64,000 nt of DNA from the NCBI RefSeq assembly GCF_006345805.1, contig NC_043018.1, positions 26,102,001 to 26,166,000 of the forward strand, read 5' to 3'. Both the position numbers and the translations under genes were made by a program. The notes under the pieces are model-generated. The model was not told the DNA's origin and ran no database searches. It saw nothing but the letters and a program-made list of their open reading frames with translations. Positions within the stretch are counted from its first letter, which is position 1, and every line of letters begins with the position of its first letter. This document shows positions 11,735 through 24,443 of this stretch, piece by piece. This DNA is from Octopus sinensis (Eukaryota).

Positions 11735-13415
11735 TGAAGAGGTAGATGGCCGAGGGTTATCGATCTCAGCATCATGATTTCACTTCCTAACCACAGGGTT
11801 TTGGTTTCAGTCCCACTGCAGGGCACCTTGGGTAAGTGCTTGCTACTATAGCCTTAGGCCAAGCAAAGCCTTGGTGTGGATCTGGTAGCTGGAAACTGAA
11901 AGAAGCCTGTCATATATATATATATATGTGTGTGTATGTGTGTGGAGAGAGAGAGAGAGAGAGAGTAAGAGAGAAAGAGAGAGAGAGAGAGAGAGATAGT
12001 ATATGGGTGTTTGTGTGTTTGCATCCCTTTGTCTTGATGTTGTATGATTGTTGTAAGTGAGTGTCACTTTCATACATGTGGTGTTGCTGGTTTCAAGTCT
12101 TCCGTGCAAACATATATGGCAAAGAGGAAGTATTACCTTACTTGGAATCATCAGAGGGTTGGTGACGGGAAGAGCATCCTGCTATCAAAAATTTACATCA
12201 GTGAATTCTGTCTGGCCCATCATAGAAGCTTGCAAAAGTGGACATGAAAAAAACAATGATGATGATGATGATGTTGATGATATTCTTGTTTCCTTTGTTT
12301 TGTTAGTCTGGCCGCTAGAAATTGAAATTGTCCCTTTAACTGTATTATCTCAGCCACTTTTTAACATAATCATTAGTCTTATAAATTCTTTTGCAGCTAT
12401 TGGATGGATACCCCATTCTTGCAACCAACGCTCTGGTTTCTTGAAATAGATAATTAGTTTTATTCCCATCTGTCTTGTGTTTTTCTCTCATAGATACTTA
12501 AGAATCTGATTGTAGCACCATTTAAAATACCTACCACATAAATATATATATATACTTTTTATTCTCATTTAAACACACCTTGGCTACAGTATGCGATCAT
12601 TAACATACCTGCCACATAAATAAATATATAGTCTACAACATTCTCGTTAAAAAAAAAGACCTTGGTTACAACGTGGCAATTATTTATTCTACTTTATTCT
12701 AATTTACTATTAATTAATACTTCCAGTTATTTATTTGCTAGGTTCTCATTAACATTAACCGTTTCCTGCAACAAACTAATGATAATAAATGTGTACTTAT
12801 AAAACACATTTCTCCACGTTTGGATTCAAAATTTTATTTTTAATCCTTCACTCCACTTGACAGTTTTTTTCTTTTTGTGTTTTTTAAACTTGGCTTTTGC
12901 CTGTGCCATGATTGGTCAGTTATCACCCTCTGATATTTTAAAATGCTCAATTCCATTTTGGCAACCCTCCTCCTCTCTTAGCTTCAGCATCTTTCTTTTC
13001 TTTTTCATCTGTCATACGTGGACACCCCTTGATTGCTCTCTCTCTCTCTCTCTCTCCCCCTCTCAAATTCTGTTTCTCTCGCACCACAACAATCCTCTCT
13101 TATTGTATCTCCATCTCTAATGTCATCATATATAGTTACATCTCTCTAGCGACCCCTTTCATATGTTATTTCCATGAGGGTGTTCCTTATATACCATGGT
13201 GTTCTATTCACTTAGTTCTACCTTTGAACAAACATAAGAATTTACTGAAATTGTCATACTGTTGTCAAATATTACTTGTCAATAAAAGAAAATTTGACTC
13301 TACTTCCATAACATATTGAGTACTTTCATAACTCGTAGTCTTCCACCACTACTGTTACCCCCAGTAATATCAGTGGTGATGAACAAAAGTCTTATGGTGT
13401 TTAGTTATAGTTCTT

Positions 13416-13740
13416 TAACCCTTTAGTATTCAGATAACTGTCAAATGTAATGTTTGTTTATTCACATTGTTTTGAATCAATTTTGCATTCTTTCATAGTT
13501 TTGAGATTTCAATGAGCTGACTATTAATAGAACGGCATTATCAGGTCGGTGTGAGAGGTCAGATCTGTCTGGTTTGAACATAAAACTATTAGAATATCTG
13601 GGTTAGATATGGTTAGTTCTAGCCTTTAGCATTCGGGTTATTCTTCCAAATGTAATACCCTTTTATTCACATTGTTTTGAATTAATCACGTATTATCTTG
13701 TAGCTTTAAGATTTCAATTATGTAATTACTCTTTTACTTG
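13416..13740. mobile_element. Fragments of a second TTAA-type MITE (two partial 5' copies); another copy near 21740-21850
   Basis: ttaaccctttag.attcaga...gtcaaatgtaatg.ttatttattcacattgttttgaat recurs. Confidence 0.55.
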
Positions 13741-14022
13741 GTTGTCAAGTGATGGCGGTGGGGACATTTATATGCTTTATATTCTGATATCTCTGGGTGT
13801 AGGCGTCAACTTACTTTTCATCCGTCCTGGGATTGACAAACTGATACCAGTAATATAAAGAAAATGAATTCCATCAACTGTATCCCTTTTCTTCCACTAA
13901 AAGATGCTTCAAGGCGGTGCCCCAGCATGGCTACAGTCTAATGACTGAAACATGTAAAGGATGAAAGAATATCTATTACCCGCTTCTCTCTCTCCCTCTA
14001 CACACACACATACATATATATA

Positions 14023-14415
14023 TATTTCTTTACTACCCACAAGGGGCTAAACATAGAGGGGACAAACAAGATTAGACAAAGCGATTAAGTCGATTACATC
14101 GACCCAGTGCGAAACTGGTACTCTATTTATCGACCCCGAGAGGATGAAAAGCATTTGAACTCGGAACGTAACGACACATTAAATACCTATTTCTTTACTA
14201 CCCACAAGGGGCTAAACACAGAGGGGACAAACAAGGACAGACAAATGGATTAAGTCGATTATACCGACCCCAGTGCTTAACTGGTACTTATTTAATCGAC
14301 CCCGAAAGGATGAAAGGCAAAGTTGACCTCAGCGGAATTTGAACTCAGAACGTAACGACAGATGAAATACCGCTAAGCATTTCGCCCGGCGTGCTAATGT
14401 TTCTGCCAGCTCGCC
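14023..14415 (-). mobile_element. SINE family B, tandem dimer
   Basis: Same dimer junction (aaatacctatttcttt on +) as the 7875 copy. Confidence 0.9.
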
Positions 14416-14466
14416 ACATACATATATATACATACAGACATACACACATGCACATACACACACACA

Positions 14467-14506
<40 letters not shown>

Positions 14507-15225
14507 GTAGACATGTATATGTTTACATGTATGTATGTGTGTGTGTGTGTGTAGAGTTATCCGTTCTCTGTTAGCATTAGCCATCATCTTTTGTAAACAA
14601 GGTGTTATATCAGATCAATTGACCTAATTTCAGCTGAAGAAAGGAAAAAAGAATTTGATACAAGAAATTTTAGATTTCATGACTTTGGTGCTTAGATTGA
14701 TTTAGGTCAGGTCTTCTGCTTTGCAATTTTGTTCAGGTGTATGCAATCTATAATCAACGCAATACTCAAAAAAAAAAAATACTGGGAAGAAAATGTTGAT
14801 ATAATATATGCCCAATAATCAGGTGTCACTAATCAATACCGATCAAATTATTATTATTTTTTTTTTTAGTGCAACACACCTCCACTCAGAGTCTATTTTT
14901 ACCTGATATCCTAAATTAGAAATAAGAAATAAATTGAATTTATTCTTTTACATTTTCCGGTAGTCTTAGTGGTTCTTTTTTTTTTTTCCTAAAAAAGCAA
15001 TCACTAAATGTGATTTTTAACGTGCATCTTGGTGCATTATTAAAACTTTTTTTCTTATTATAGTTTCTCTCTGTCTCTGTCTCTGTTATATAATATAATA
15101 TAGAGTTATTAGCAAAGTAATAAATTACAACATTTCAAATTTGAATTTATTGCTAATTTTTCAAAAATCTATTTCCCAGAAAATGAATACACACACTTAT
15201 TATATATATATATATATATATATAT

Positions 15226-15643
15226 ACTCTTTACTCTTTTACTCTTTTACTTGTTTCAGTCATTTGACTGTGGCCATGCTGGAGCACCGTCTTTAATCGA
15301 GCAACTCGACCCCAGAACTTATTCTTTTGTAAGCCCAGTACTTATTCTATTGGTCTCTTTGGCCGAACTGCTAAGTAACGGGGACATAAACACACCAGCA
15401 TCGGTTGTCAAGCAATGCTAGGGGGACAAACACAGACACACAAACACACACGCATATATATATATAAATATACATATATACGATGGGCTTCTTTCAGTTT
15501 CCATACACCAAATCCACTCACAAGGCTTTGGTTGGCCCGAGGCTATAGTAGAAGACACTTGCCCAAGGTGTCATGCAGTGGGACCGAACCTGGAACCATG
15601 TGGTTGGTAAACAAGCTACTTACCACACAGCCACTCCTGCGCC
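15226..15643 (-). mobile_element. SINE family A, full length
   Basis: Very similar to 5078-5490. Confidence 0.9.
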
Positions 15644-15651
15644 TATACATA

Positions 15652-16441
15652 TCATCATCATCATTGTTTAACGTCCGTTTTCCATGCTAGCATGGGTTGG
15701 ACAGTTCAACTGGGGTCTGGGAAGCAGGAAGGCTGTGCCAGGCTTAGTCTGATCTGGCAGTGTTTCTACAGCTGGATGCCCTTCCTAACGCCAACCACTC
15801 CGTGAGTGTAGTGGGTGCTTTTTACGTGCCACCTGCACAGGTGCCAGATGAGGCTGGCAAGCGGCCATGATCGGATGGTGCTTTTTACATGCTACTGGCA
15901 GGGGGGCCAGACGAGGCTGATATATCCACACACAGACACACATATATAATACACATACACACACATGCATGCACACAACTTTCTCTCTCCCTCTTTCTCT
16001 CTTTCTCTTTAAAATATTCACTATTAGACCTGAAGACCTGTTGAACTGAGTGAAATTGTATTTGTGGCTGATGGCAGTGTCGTCTGACTGGCACGCATAC
16101 TGGTGGCACATAAAAAGCACCATTCAAGTGTAGGGCCATGTGAAAGTGATCAAGACCTTTGGCAATATACTGTGCTTGTGTTGACCTGTCAATGCAAGTG
16201 AGATCATAGTTGTTACCGACGCCAGTGTCAGGTCAATGGCACCCATGCCGGTGGTAGGTAAAAAGCACCCACTACATTCTCAGAGTCACTGGTGTTAGGA
16301 AGGGCATCCAACTGTAGGAACCTTGTCAGACCAGACTGGAACCTGATGTAGCCTCCACTGGCTTATCAATCCCCAGTCAAACTGTCCAACCCATGCCAGC
16401 ATGGAAAGCAGACAATAAATGATTGTGAGGATGATGATGAT
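15652..16441. mobile_element. Two family C copies in opposite orientation (15652-15920 -, ~16030-16441 +)
   Basis: (CAT)n-start copy followed by a (GAT)n-end copy. Confidence 0.8.
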
Positions 16442-16449
16442 GGAATCAC

Positions 16450-16629
16450 ACTTACTAATGTGTATAAGGAACCCTTTATTGTCAAAAATTAGGTTAAAAA
16501 AATATGAGAGTTTCTTATACATGGATATTATTATAATCTCTTACAAAAGCTTTTTTTCAAATTTTAAGCCCCCAAAATTAGGGGATTCCTTATATACGAG
16601 GGTTCCTTATACACATTAAAATATGGTAT
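16450..16629. mobile_element. Tc1/mariner-superfamily (Tc2/pogo-like) MITE
   Basis: 19-bp inverted repeat taatgtgtataaggaaccc / gggttccttatacacatta; right end ...aaaatatggTA. Confidence 0.6.
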
Positions 16630-16659
16630 ATTATGACTGCTAAGCAGTTACCAATCTCT

Positions 16660-17146
16660 CCCCAGAAGCAGCGAGGTTGATTAAAAATCATGCCTATCCT
16701 TACTTATGGCCAAGACTGTTGGGTAATGAGTGAAAGTATATGATCGGGAATACAAGCAACCAAAATGGAGCTCCTCTGAGGATCTCGGAATGTTACTTAA
16801 CAGTGTGTATAGCTCAGAAATCAGGGAGTCTCTCCAGGTCAAGCTGATACTTCTCTGCATTGAGAGGTCTGAATTCTGGTACTACAGACATGTGATCAGA
16901 ATAGTGCCAGAGAGAATTGCGAGACAGATTCTTTAAGCTGAGCCAACCAGCAAGACATCCAGGAGTAGACCAAGAATAAGAGTGTTGGTAAAAAACTCCA
17001 TGGTCTTAGTTGGTTGTGTTTGGTAAGCCAGCCGAAAAATGTGATGACAATTACTTCTGATTGGACCCTATAGAGGAAGTGCAGAGATACCCAAGGACTC
17101 CCTCATGACCTTTCCAGGAATAGTAGGGGGGAAAAGATAGATGATG
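16660..17146 (+). pseudogene. Degraded 3' fragment of an RTE-clade (Expander/Rex3-like) LINE
   Basis: Frameshifted translation PILTYGQDCWVMSESI*SGIQATKM ... VYSSEIRESLQVKLILLCIERSEFWYYRHVIRIVPERIARQIL ... SRSRPR resembles the RTE RT C-terminus. Confidence 0.8.
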
Positions 17147-17229
17147 AATTATTCCAAATGTACTGTCAAAGAGTCGTTCAGAAAAGAATAAATCAATACA
17201 ACATATCTAAAGAAAAGAAAAGCAATCCT

Positions 17230-17284
<55 letters not shown>

Positions 17285-17641
17285 GTAATAATATAATATA
17301 ATGCCAGAATATGCTATGAATGAATATGTACATCACTGTTTTGTTACTGTTTTGAATGCTCAGAATAATGTACTTTAATATCAGCATAGCAAGTTTGAGC
17401 ACACATCAGCAAATATTTTCTTTGCTGAATTCCATAAATAAGAATGATTGTCCTTGCTTAGCATTAGGCATGCAAACTGTGCTTCTCACTGAGATGGCAC
17501 AAATACATCAAAACACTGGTGTCTCAGAGTCCACTATATCACCGAAGCACATGTCTTATTGAAACACATTATCTAAAAGTAGAAGTCGTTCTACAAAAAT
17601 GGGTTCCAACAATGGAAGGCTTATTCACATCCAAGTCTGCT

Positions 17642-17838
17642 GGAGGTGTGGCTGTGTGGTAAGAAGTTTTGCTTCCCAGCCATATGATTCTGGGTTCAGT
17701 CTCACTGTGTGACACCTTGGGCAAGTGTCTTTCACTATAGCCTTCGGTTGACCAAAGTCTTGATAGTGGATTTGATTGACGGAAACTGAAAGAAGACAGT
17801 TGAATGGATGTATGTATGTGTATGTGTGGATATGTGCT

Positions 17839-17873
<35 letters not shown>

Positions 17874-18062
17874 CCACCACTGCTTTACGACTGGTGTTGG
17901 TGTGTTTACATCCCTGTAGCTTAACAGTTCAGCAAAAGAGACTGATATTATAAGTACCAGGCTTTAAACTAAACAAACACTGCGGTTGATTTGTTCGACT
18001 AGAATTCTTCAAGACTGTACCCTACCATGGCTGCAGTCTAATGACTGCAACAAGTAAAAGAA
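17642..18062 (+). mobile_element. SINE family A, diverged
   Basis: Family A head, body and tail. Confidence 0.85.
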
Positions 18063-18075
18063 AAACAACACTTTA

Positions 18076-18114
<39 letters not shown>

Positions 18115-18528
18115 ACACACACACACACAAACAGAAAAATGTTCAGTTTATCTCTACTGAGTTGTACATTATAGAAAAAATTTATTATGACTTTGTTTAT
18201 TTGTCTAACAAAATAACTAAAGATTTTCAGCTTAAGAGAGGAGAAAAGGGTTGGGGGTCGGTGTTCGGCAACATTTATCTTGTTAAAAAATACTTTTCAA
18301 TAGAAATGGTATTTTTTTTGTTGTTTTGGGTTTTGTTTTGTTGTCATTGTTTGCATCAGTTACTGTTTTACTAGAGACTTGCAGTTTCTACTATCATAGT
18401 GTTGTGAGGGTTGTAGTTTAGTGTTGTGGTGATTATGTTTTGGTTGTGTTTTGTGGGCTGTGTGCAGCATAATGACAGTTTTTGCATTTTTTTTAATGAG
18501 TTGTTGTGTTGCTTATATTATAGTATTA

Positions 18529-18765
18529 TAGTGTAGTGGTTAAGAGCACGGGCTACTAACCCCAAGATTCCGAGTTCAATTCCAGTCAGTGACCTGAATA
18601 ATAATAATAATAATATCAAAAAATACCTTAGGAATGAGAACCCAGGTTCAAAATTTCCCTAAGACACCTGAAGAAGGCTGGAAGGTATATCAGCCGAAAC
18701 GTTGTATTAACAACAAACAAGATGAGGACAAATATCCGTCAGATGTAAATAATGTAAATAATGTT
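18529..18765 (+). mobile_element. SINE-like element: tRNA-derived head + (TAA)n + hammerhead-like 3' part
   Basis: gtgtagtggttaagagcacgggctactaaccccaagattccgagttcaattcc (A- and B-box-like), then ctgaaga-aggctg...cagcc-gaaacgtt. Confidence 0.65.
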
Positions 18766-18976
18766 CTTTGTTGATATTGTTTTGAATGTGTTGTGTGGGC
18801 TCTGTTGTAATGTTCTGTGGTGATTGTTTTGTGTGACCTGTGTGGTAGTGTTCTATTTCAGATGTGTTATGTCTGTTATGTTGCATTTCAAATGTGTTGT
18901 GTTGTGTGGTGCTGTTATGCTTCAAATATGTTGTTTATTGTGTTGTGATTATATTTAGGATGCGTTATGTGGTTAC

Positions 18977-19362
18977 AGTATAGCCAGTTTCATGTAGTAT
19001 AGCCAGTGTCATGTAGTATAGCCAGTGTCATGTAGTATAGCCAGTGTCATGTAGTATAGCCAGTCTCATGTAGTATAGCCAGTCTCATGCAGTATAGCCA
19101 GTCTCATGTAATATAGCCGGACTGATGTAGTATAGCTAGTCTCATGTGGTATAGCCAGTCTCATGTGGTATAACCGGACTGATGTAGTATAGCCGGACTG
19201 ATGTAGTATAGCCAGTCTCATGTAGTATAGCCAATCTCATGTAGTATAGCCAGTCTCATGTAGTATAGCTAGTCTCATGTAGTATAGCTAGTCTCATGCA
19301 GTATAGCCAGTCTCATGTAGTATAGCTAGTCTCATGCAGTATAGCCAGTCTCATGTAGTAGC
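18977..19362. repeat. 19-bp minisatellite, about 20 units (gtagtatagccagtctcat)
   Basis: Head-to-tail units with no spacers; variant gtagtatagccggactgat. Confidence 0.95.
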
Positions 19363-19826
19363 TGGATTCTGAATGTGTTTCATAGGTTGCGTTGTAATGC
19401 AGAGTAGTAACTCTCCTATAGTGTTATGTTGTGACAGTGTTGTTATGCTGTGCTGTTGTATAGCCTGTGTTATAGTACCAACCACTATTACTAATAAATG
19501 ATACTTCCTTCAGATTAGCTAATGTAAACATCAGAATTACAAGAAAATGGCGGACTAAAAATAGTAGAAAGCATCAATCAAACCTTCATCCTACCATCGT
19601 TACAGCTCTGATTTTCTGGTCAGTCGCCAATCATGTATCAATCAACTTTTATACTTCTTTGGGTTTTTTTGTTTTTTTTTTATTAATTTCTTTAGTAACA
19701 CCATCAAAGGAAAGTTGTCATACCATTTATAACAGTTCCTTGATTTATACTACTTATGCCATTTATGCTAATTATATCACTTATACATTATTACCATATG
19801 TAACATACAGGCATATACATATATAT

Positions 19827-20108
19827 ATCATCATCATCATCATCATCGTTTAACGTTCGTTTTCCATGCTGGTATGGGTTGGATGGTTCGACTGGGGTCT
19901 GGGAAGCCAGGAGGCTGCACCATCCTCCAGTCTGATCTGGCAGTGTTTCTACAGCTGGATGCCCTTCCTAACGCCAACCACTCCATGAGTGTAGTGGGTG
20001 TTTTTATATGTTACCACTGGCACAGGGGCCAGAGGGGATTTGCATTGACCACGATCGGATGGTGCTTTTCACATTCCACCGGTATGGAAGCCAGTCAAGG
20101 CGGCACTA
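19827..20108 (-). mobile_element. Family C copy
   Basis: (CAT)n start, ggatgcccttcctaacgccaaccactcc core. Confidence 0.85.
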
Positions 20109-20124
20109 CATATATATATATATA

Positions 20125-20312
20125 TCTCCATGATAGATCATTAGCCACTACACACATTTTTTTCTCTTCTTGTTTTTTCTGTGTCCCTTTCTGTAGAAGA
20201 GCATAGGCTCGAAACGTAAAAAACTTTTTCTATTCCTGAGCATTATACGAATACATCTGTTTGTTTTGTACACCACCCGTCTTCGTCTTTTGTTTTTTTC
20301 GTAAGCTCTCCC
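20125..20312 (+). mobile_element. Short (TA)n-embedded repeat with degenerate hammerhead-like motif (Penelope-like terminal fragment); inverted sister copy at ~26256-26462
   Basis: gaagagc.taggctcgaaacgtaaa shared by both copies, each sitting in a TA tract. Confidence 0.6.
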
Positions 20313-20544
20313 TATATATATATACACACACATACATACATACATACACACATGTTTGTGTGTGCGTGAAGGCATTTGGCCTGGTGGTTAGGGTGTTACA
20401 CTTGCAATCTCAAGATCATGGATTCAGTTCCTAAGTCAGCAGTTCATTGTATTCTTAAACAAAAGGCTTTATTTCACAATGCCCCGGTTCAAATTAGCTG
20501 TAAATCGGCAATTCCACAATGGACTGGCATTTTGTTCAGAGTTT

Positions 20545-20703
20545 TGAGTTGAATGAATTAATCCTAGTACTTATTTTTTAAAGCCTGACACTTGTTCTAT
20601 CAGTCTCCTTTGCTGAGCCACTAAGTTACAGACATAAATACACCACCACTCGTTGTCAAGTGGTGGTGGAGGGACAAACAGACACAAAGCCACACACATA
20701 CAC

Positions 20704-20740
<37 letters not shown>

Positions 20741-21272
20741 GCACACATATATATATGATGGGCTTCTTTCAGTTTCTGCCCACCAAATCCACTCACATTG
20801 GCCCAGGGCTATAGTAGAAGACACTTGCCCAAGGTGCCAAGTAGTGGGACTGAACTTGGAACCATTGGTTGGGAAGCAAGCTTCTTACCACACAGCCACG
20901 CTTGTACCTATAAGTTTAGAGAATTCTCTTTTTTTCTAATTGAGTGAATTGACCTTAGTATTTATTTGTTTTTTTTTTTAAGCCTGGTACTTATTCTATT
21001 GGCCTCTTTTACTGAACCACTAAGTTACAGGAACATAAACACCACAACACTAGTTGTCAAGTGATGGTGGGGGACAAACACAAAGACACACATACACACA
21101 CACACACACAGTGGGCTTCTTTCAGTTCCTGTCAACCGAATCCACTAATAAAAGTTTTGGTCATCCCAAGGCTATTGTAGAAGACACCTGCCCAAGATGC
21201 CACACAGTAGGACTGAACCCAGAACCCTATGATTGGGAAGCAAGCTTTTTACTATACAACCACACTTGCTCC
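20545..21272 (-). mobile_element. Two adjacent diverged family A copies
   Basis: Approx. 20545-20908 and 20941-21272. Confidence 0.8.
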
Positions 21273-21382
21273 TAGTTTTCTTAAAAAAAAAAAGAATGTT
21301 TCCTAGGCCTAAACAAACATGTGAAACATGTAGAGATTCATGTTTGACATTAACTGACTCCTGAAATCCCTCCCCAACAGTT

Positions 21383-21737
21383 ATCATCATCGTCATCATC
21401 ATCATCAGCACCATTGTCATCATCATCATCATCGCCATCATCATCATCATTGTCATCATCATCATCGTCATCATTATCAGCACCATTGTCATCATCATCA
21501 TCATCGCCATCATCATCATCGTCATCATCATCATTGTCATCATCATCATCGTCGTCATCATTATCAGCACCATTGTCATCATCATCATCATTGCCATCAT
21601 CATCATCGTCATCATCATCATTGTCATCATCATCATCATCGCCATCATCGTCATCATCATCATTGTCATCATCATCATCGTCGTCATCATCATTATCAGC
21701 ACCATTGTCATCATCGTCATCATCATTGTCGTCATCG
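21383..21737. repeat. (CAT)n-based microsatellite with higher-order cagcaccattgt units
   Basis: Direct reading. Confidence 0.95.
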
Positions 21738-23009
21738 TTCAACCCTTTAGCATTCAGATTTCTCTGTCAAATTTAATGCTTATTTATTCTTGTTGCTCTG
21801 AATTAATCCTGCATTCTCTCATAGCTTTGAGTATACAATACTGTGATTGCTTCACAGTTTCTTATATAATTCTCAAGAGCGCTATTTTTTCCTTTCGTTT
21901 GTCTTTGCATGGTGTCAACGACACACACACACACACATACACACACATGCTAAAACACATGTGTTGGTCTGTTTGTTAAGACCTCCAAGTCTAAAGTATG
22001 GGATCTGATTGTGAGGTCTGACTCTCACTTTCAAACTCCTAAATGCAGGCTGGAAGAAAAAAACTCTGCAGTGATGGGAAAGAGATGAGAATGACAGGTC
22101 CTGAATAGTACCGGCTGTCACTGCCTCAACTCTGCATGCAGGCAGCCACTCTTCCTCGTGATATCTTGATGCAAAATTTGCCATCACCATCACCTCTCTA
22201 AGTCTTTTATGGCATTTAAAATTTATGCCGATTGTACCGTGGATACTAGTTTCATCATTTAGACTAGTTTCACTATTTTTGCTATTTATTACCAGTTTAC
22301 TATTTATATTTGTCGTACCATTCAGCTTTGTACGTGACGAATTGAAAAGAAAAGAAGAAGAACAACAACAACAAAGCTACAAAAATATCAAGAAAAATTC
22401 CAATATTCTCTTAGTATACATTCTGTTTTATTCAGTTGGTACACCAAACACATTTTAATACATACTTTATCTCATCTATCATTTCACTGCAATTACTTTT
22501 TAAATTACATCGTAGAATATGTCTTTTCGTTTCCTAACAAGAAATGAAATAAAATAAAATGTTTTATGCTGTTGATGCTACCTTTGAGCATCTGCACAAA
22601 CAAGAAGAAGAACAAGAAGAAGCAAATGAGAAAAAAAAAAAGAAAAAAGAAAAACAAAGCAAAAATGCTGGTAAACAAGTAGTTAATTAAAACTGTTGCA
22701 CATTGCTTCATGTTTCAGATTTATTACAAGTGTTGTCGATCTAATTTTCCTATGTATCTTAATGAACATACCAATAAATGTGTTTTAGTGTGCGTTTGTA
22801 TGTGGTATTGATACTATGCGGATAAAGACGAAAGAAGGAGAAAAAACACTCTTGAGAGTTTTATAAGAAAATGTGCGATACATCATCTGACCTTATTAGA
22901 GTTACTTCCCTTATTATTCTTTGACCCTAGACACGCTAAAGGCTAGTGGAGGTCTTTTATTCTTTTAATTGCTTGGATAATCTCAAAGGATGTTGAATGA
23001 TGGTGAAGA

Positions 23010-23222
23010 TTCTTCTTCTTCTTCTTCTTCTTCTTCTTCTTCTCTTCTTCTTCTTCTTCTTCTTCTTCTTCTTCTTCTTCTTCTTCTTCTTCTTCTTCTT
23101 CTTCTTCTTCTTCTTCGTCTTCTTCTTCTTCTTCTTCTTCTTCTTCTCTTCTTCTTCTTCTTCTTCTTCTTCTTCTTCTTCTTCTTCTTCTTCTTCTTCT
23201 TCTTCTTCTTCTTCTTCTTCTT

Positions 23223-23252
<30 letters not shown>
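23010..23252. repeat. (CTT)n trinucleotide repeat, about 80 units
   Basis: Nearly pure, with two 1-nt slips and one substitution. Confidence 0.97.
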
Positions 23253-23253
<1 letters not shown>

Positions 23254-23901
23254 TTATTATATTAAAGTGGCGATCTGGAAGAATCATTAGCTACTGGAAA
23301 ACAAAGTTATCTCCTGGAACATGAACCATATTTTGTCAGAGTCCACGAATCATCTAAACTTTGTTCCACTTGTTACTGTGTTTTATAGCTTAAGAAAAAG
23401 TCGATAGCTGGCTAAATTAGTTCGGAATATGCAAGTATGCCAAGACGCATTAAGTGTTTTTACTAAGGTGTTAAGAAGACGCAACCTAAGTTGTTAATTT
23501 AATTTTCAGTTAAAGTGTAATTTATTTTGTTAATTTATTAATTTATAAACAACTCAAGTGTCATAAATTTATTGGAATTACAATGTACTTTAAAATAGTA
23601 GCAGGAGAATATTATAAATTAAAGAGTTGAATTATTCATGCGATAGAATTACCCGACTGATCGGTTCAGAGCAGACTTTGCTTCTTTTTTTTATTGGTTC
23701 AGTTATTGCACTTAAGTTGAGGTTTTTAGTTTATCATATTGATCGTAGAGTGGTTGGCATTAGGAAGGGCATCTAGATGTGGAAACTGAGCCAAAACAGA
23801 TTATGGGACCCGATGTGGGCCCTTGGCCTTGCCTGCTTCTGTCCAGCTGTCCAACCTATGCTAGCATGGAAAACAGACTCTTAAATGATGATGATGATGA
23901 T

Positions 23902-24258
23902 GCCTTTAGTTGAGCAAATTGACCCCGGGACTTATGCTTTGTAAGCCTAGTACTTATTCTATTCACTTTTGCTGAACCGCTAAGTTACGGGGACGTAAAC
24001 ACACTAGCATCGGTTGTCAAGCGATGTTGGGGGGACAAACACAGACACACAAACATATACATGCATGTACATATATATATATATATACATATATACGACA
24101 GGCTTCTTTCAGTTTCCGTCTACCAAATCCACTCACAAGGCTTTGGTCGGCCTGAGGTTATAGTAGAAGACACTTGCCCAAGGTGCCACACAGTGGGACT
24201 GAACCCAGGGCCATGTGGTTGGTAAGCAAGCTACTTACCACACAGCCACTCCTATGCC
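23902..24258 (-). mobile_element. SINE family A (tail truncated), preceded by a family C 3' end (~23745-23901, +)
   Basis: Family A body and head. Confidence 0.85.
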
Positions 24259-24443
24259 TTCTTACACCTTTTTCATTCGTGACCCCATTTTTCATCATGA
24301 GATTTTTCGTGATCCCAGGTATTAGATATGAAATAAAACACAAATAAATACATAAATCATTTTTTTTTTGCTGAACAATATAATACAAAAAAAAGGCAAT
24401 TATATTATTTGTCAAAATAAAAGTAGTTTTAGGGTTTGTGTTC

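Noticed and set aside
18977-19362. CRISPR-like array (also considered for the 84-bp and 166-bp arrays)
   Set aside because: Units are head-to-tail with no unique spacers, there are no cas genes, and the context is eukaryotic.
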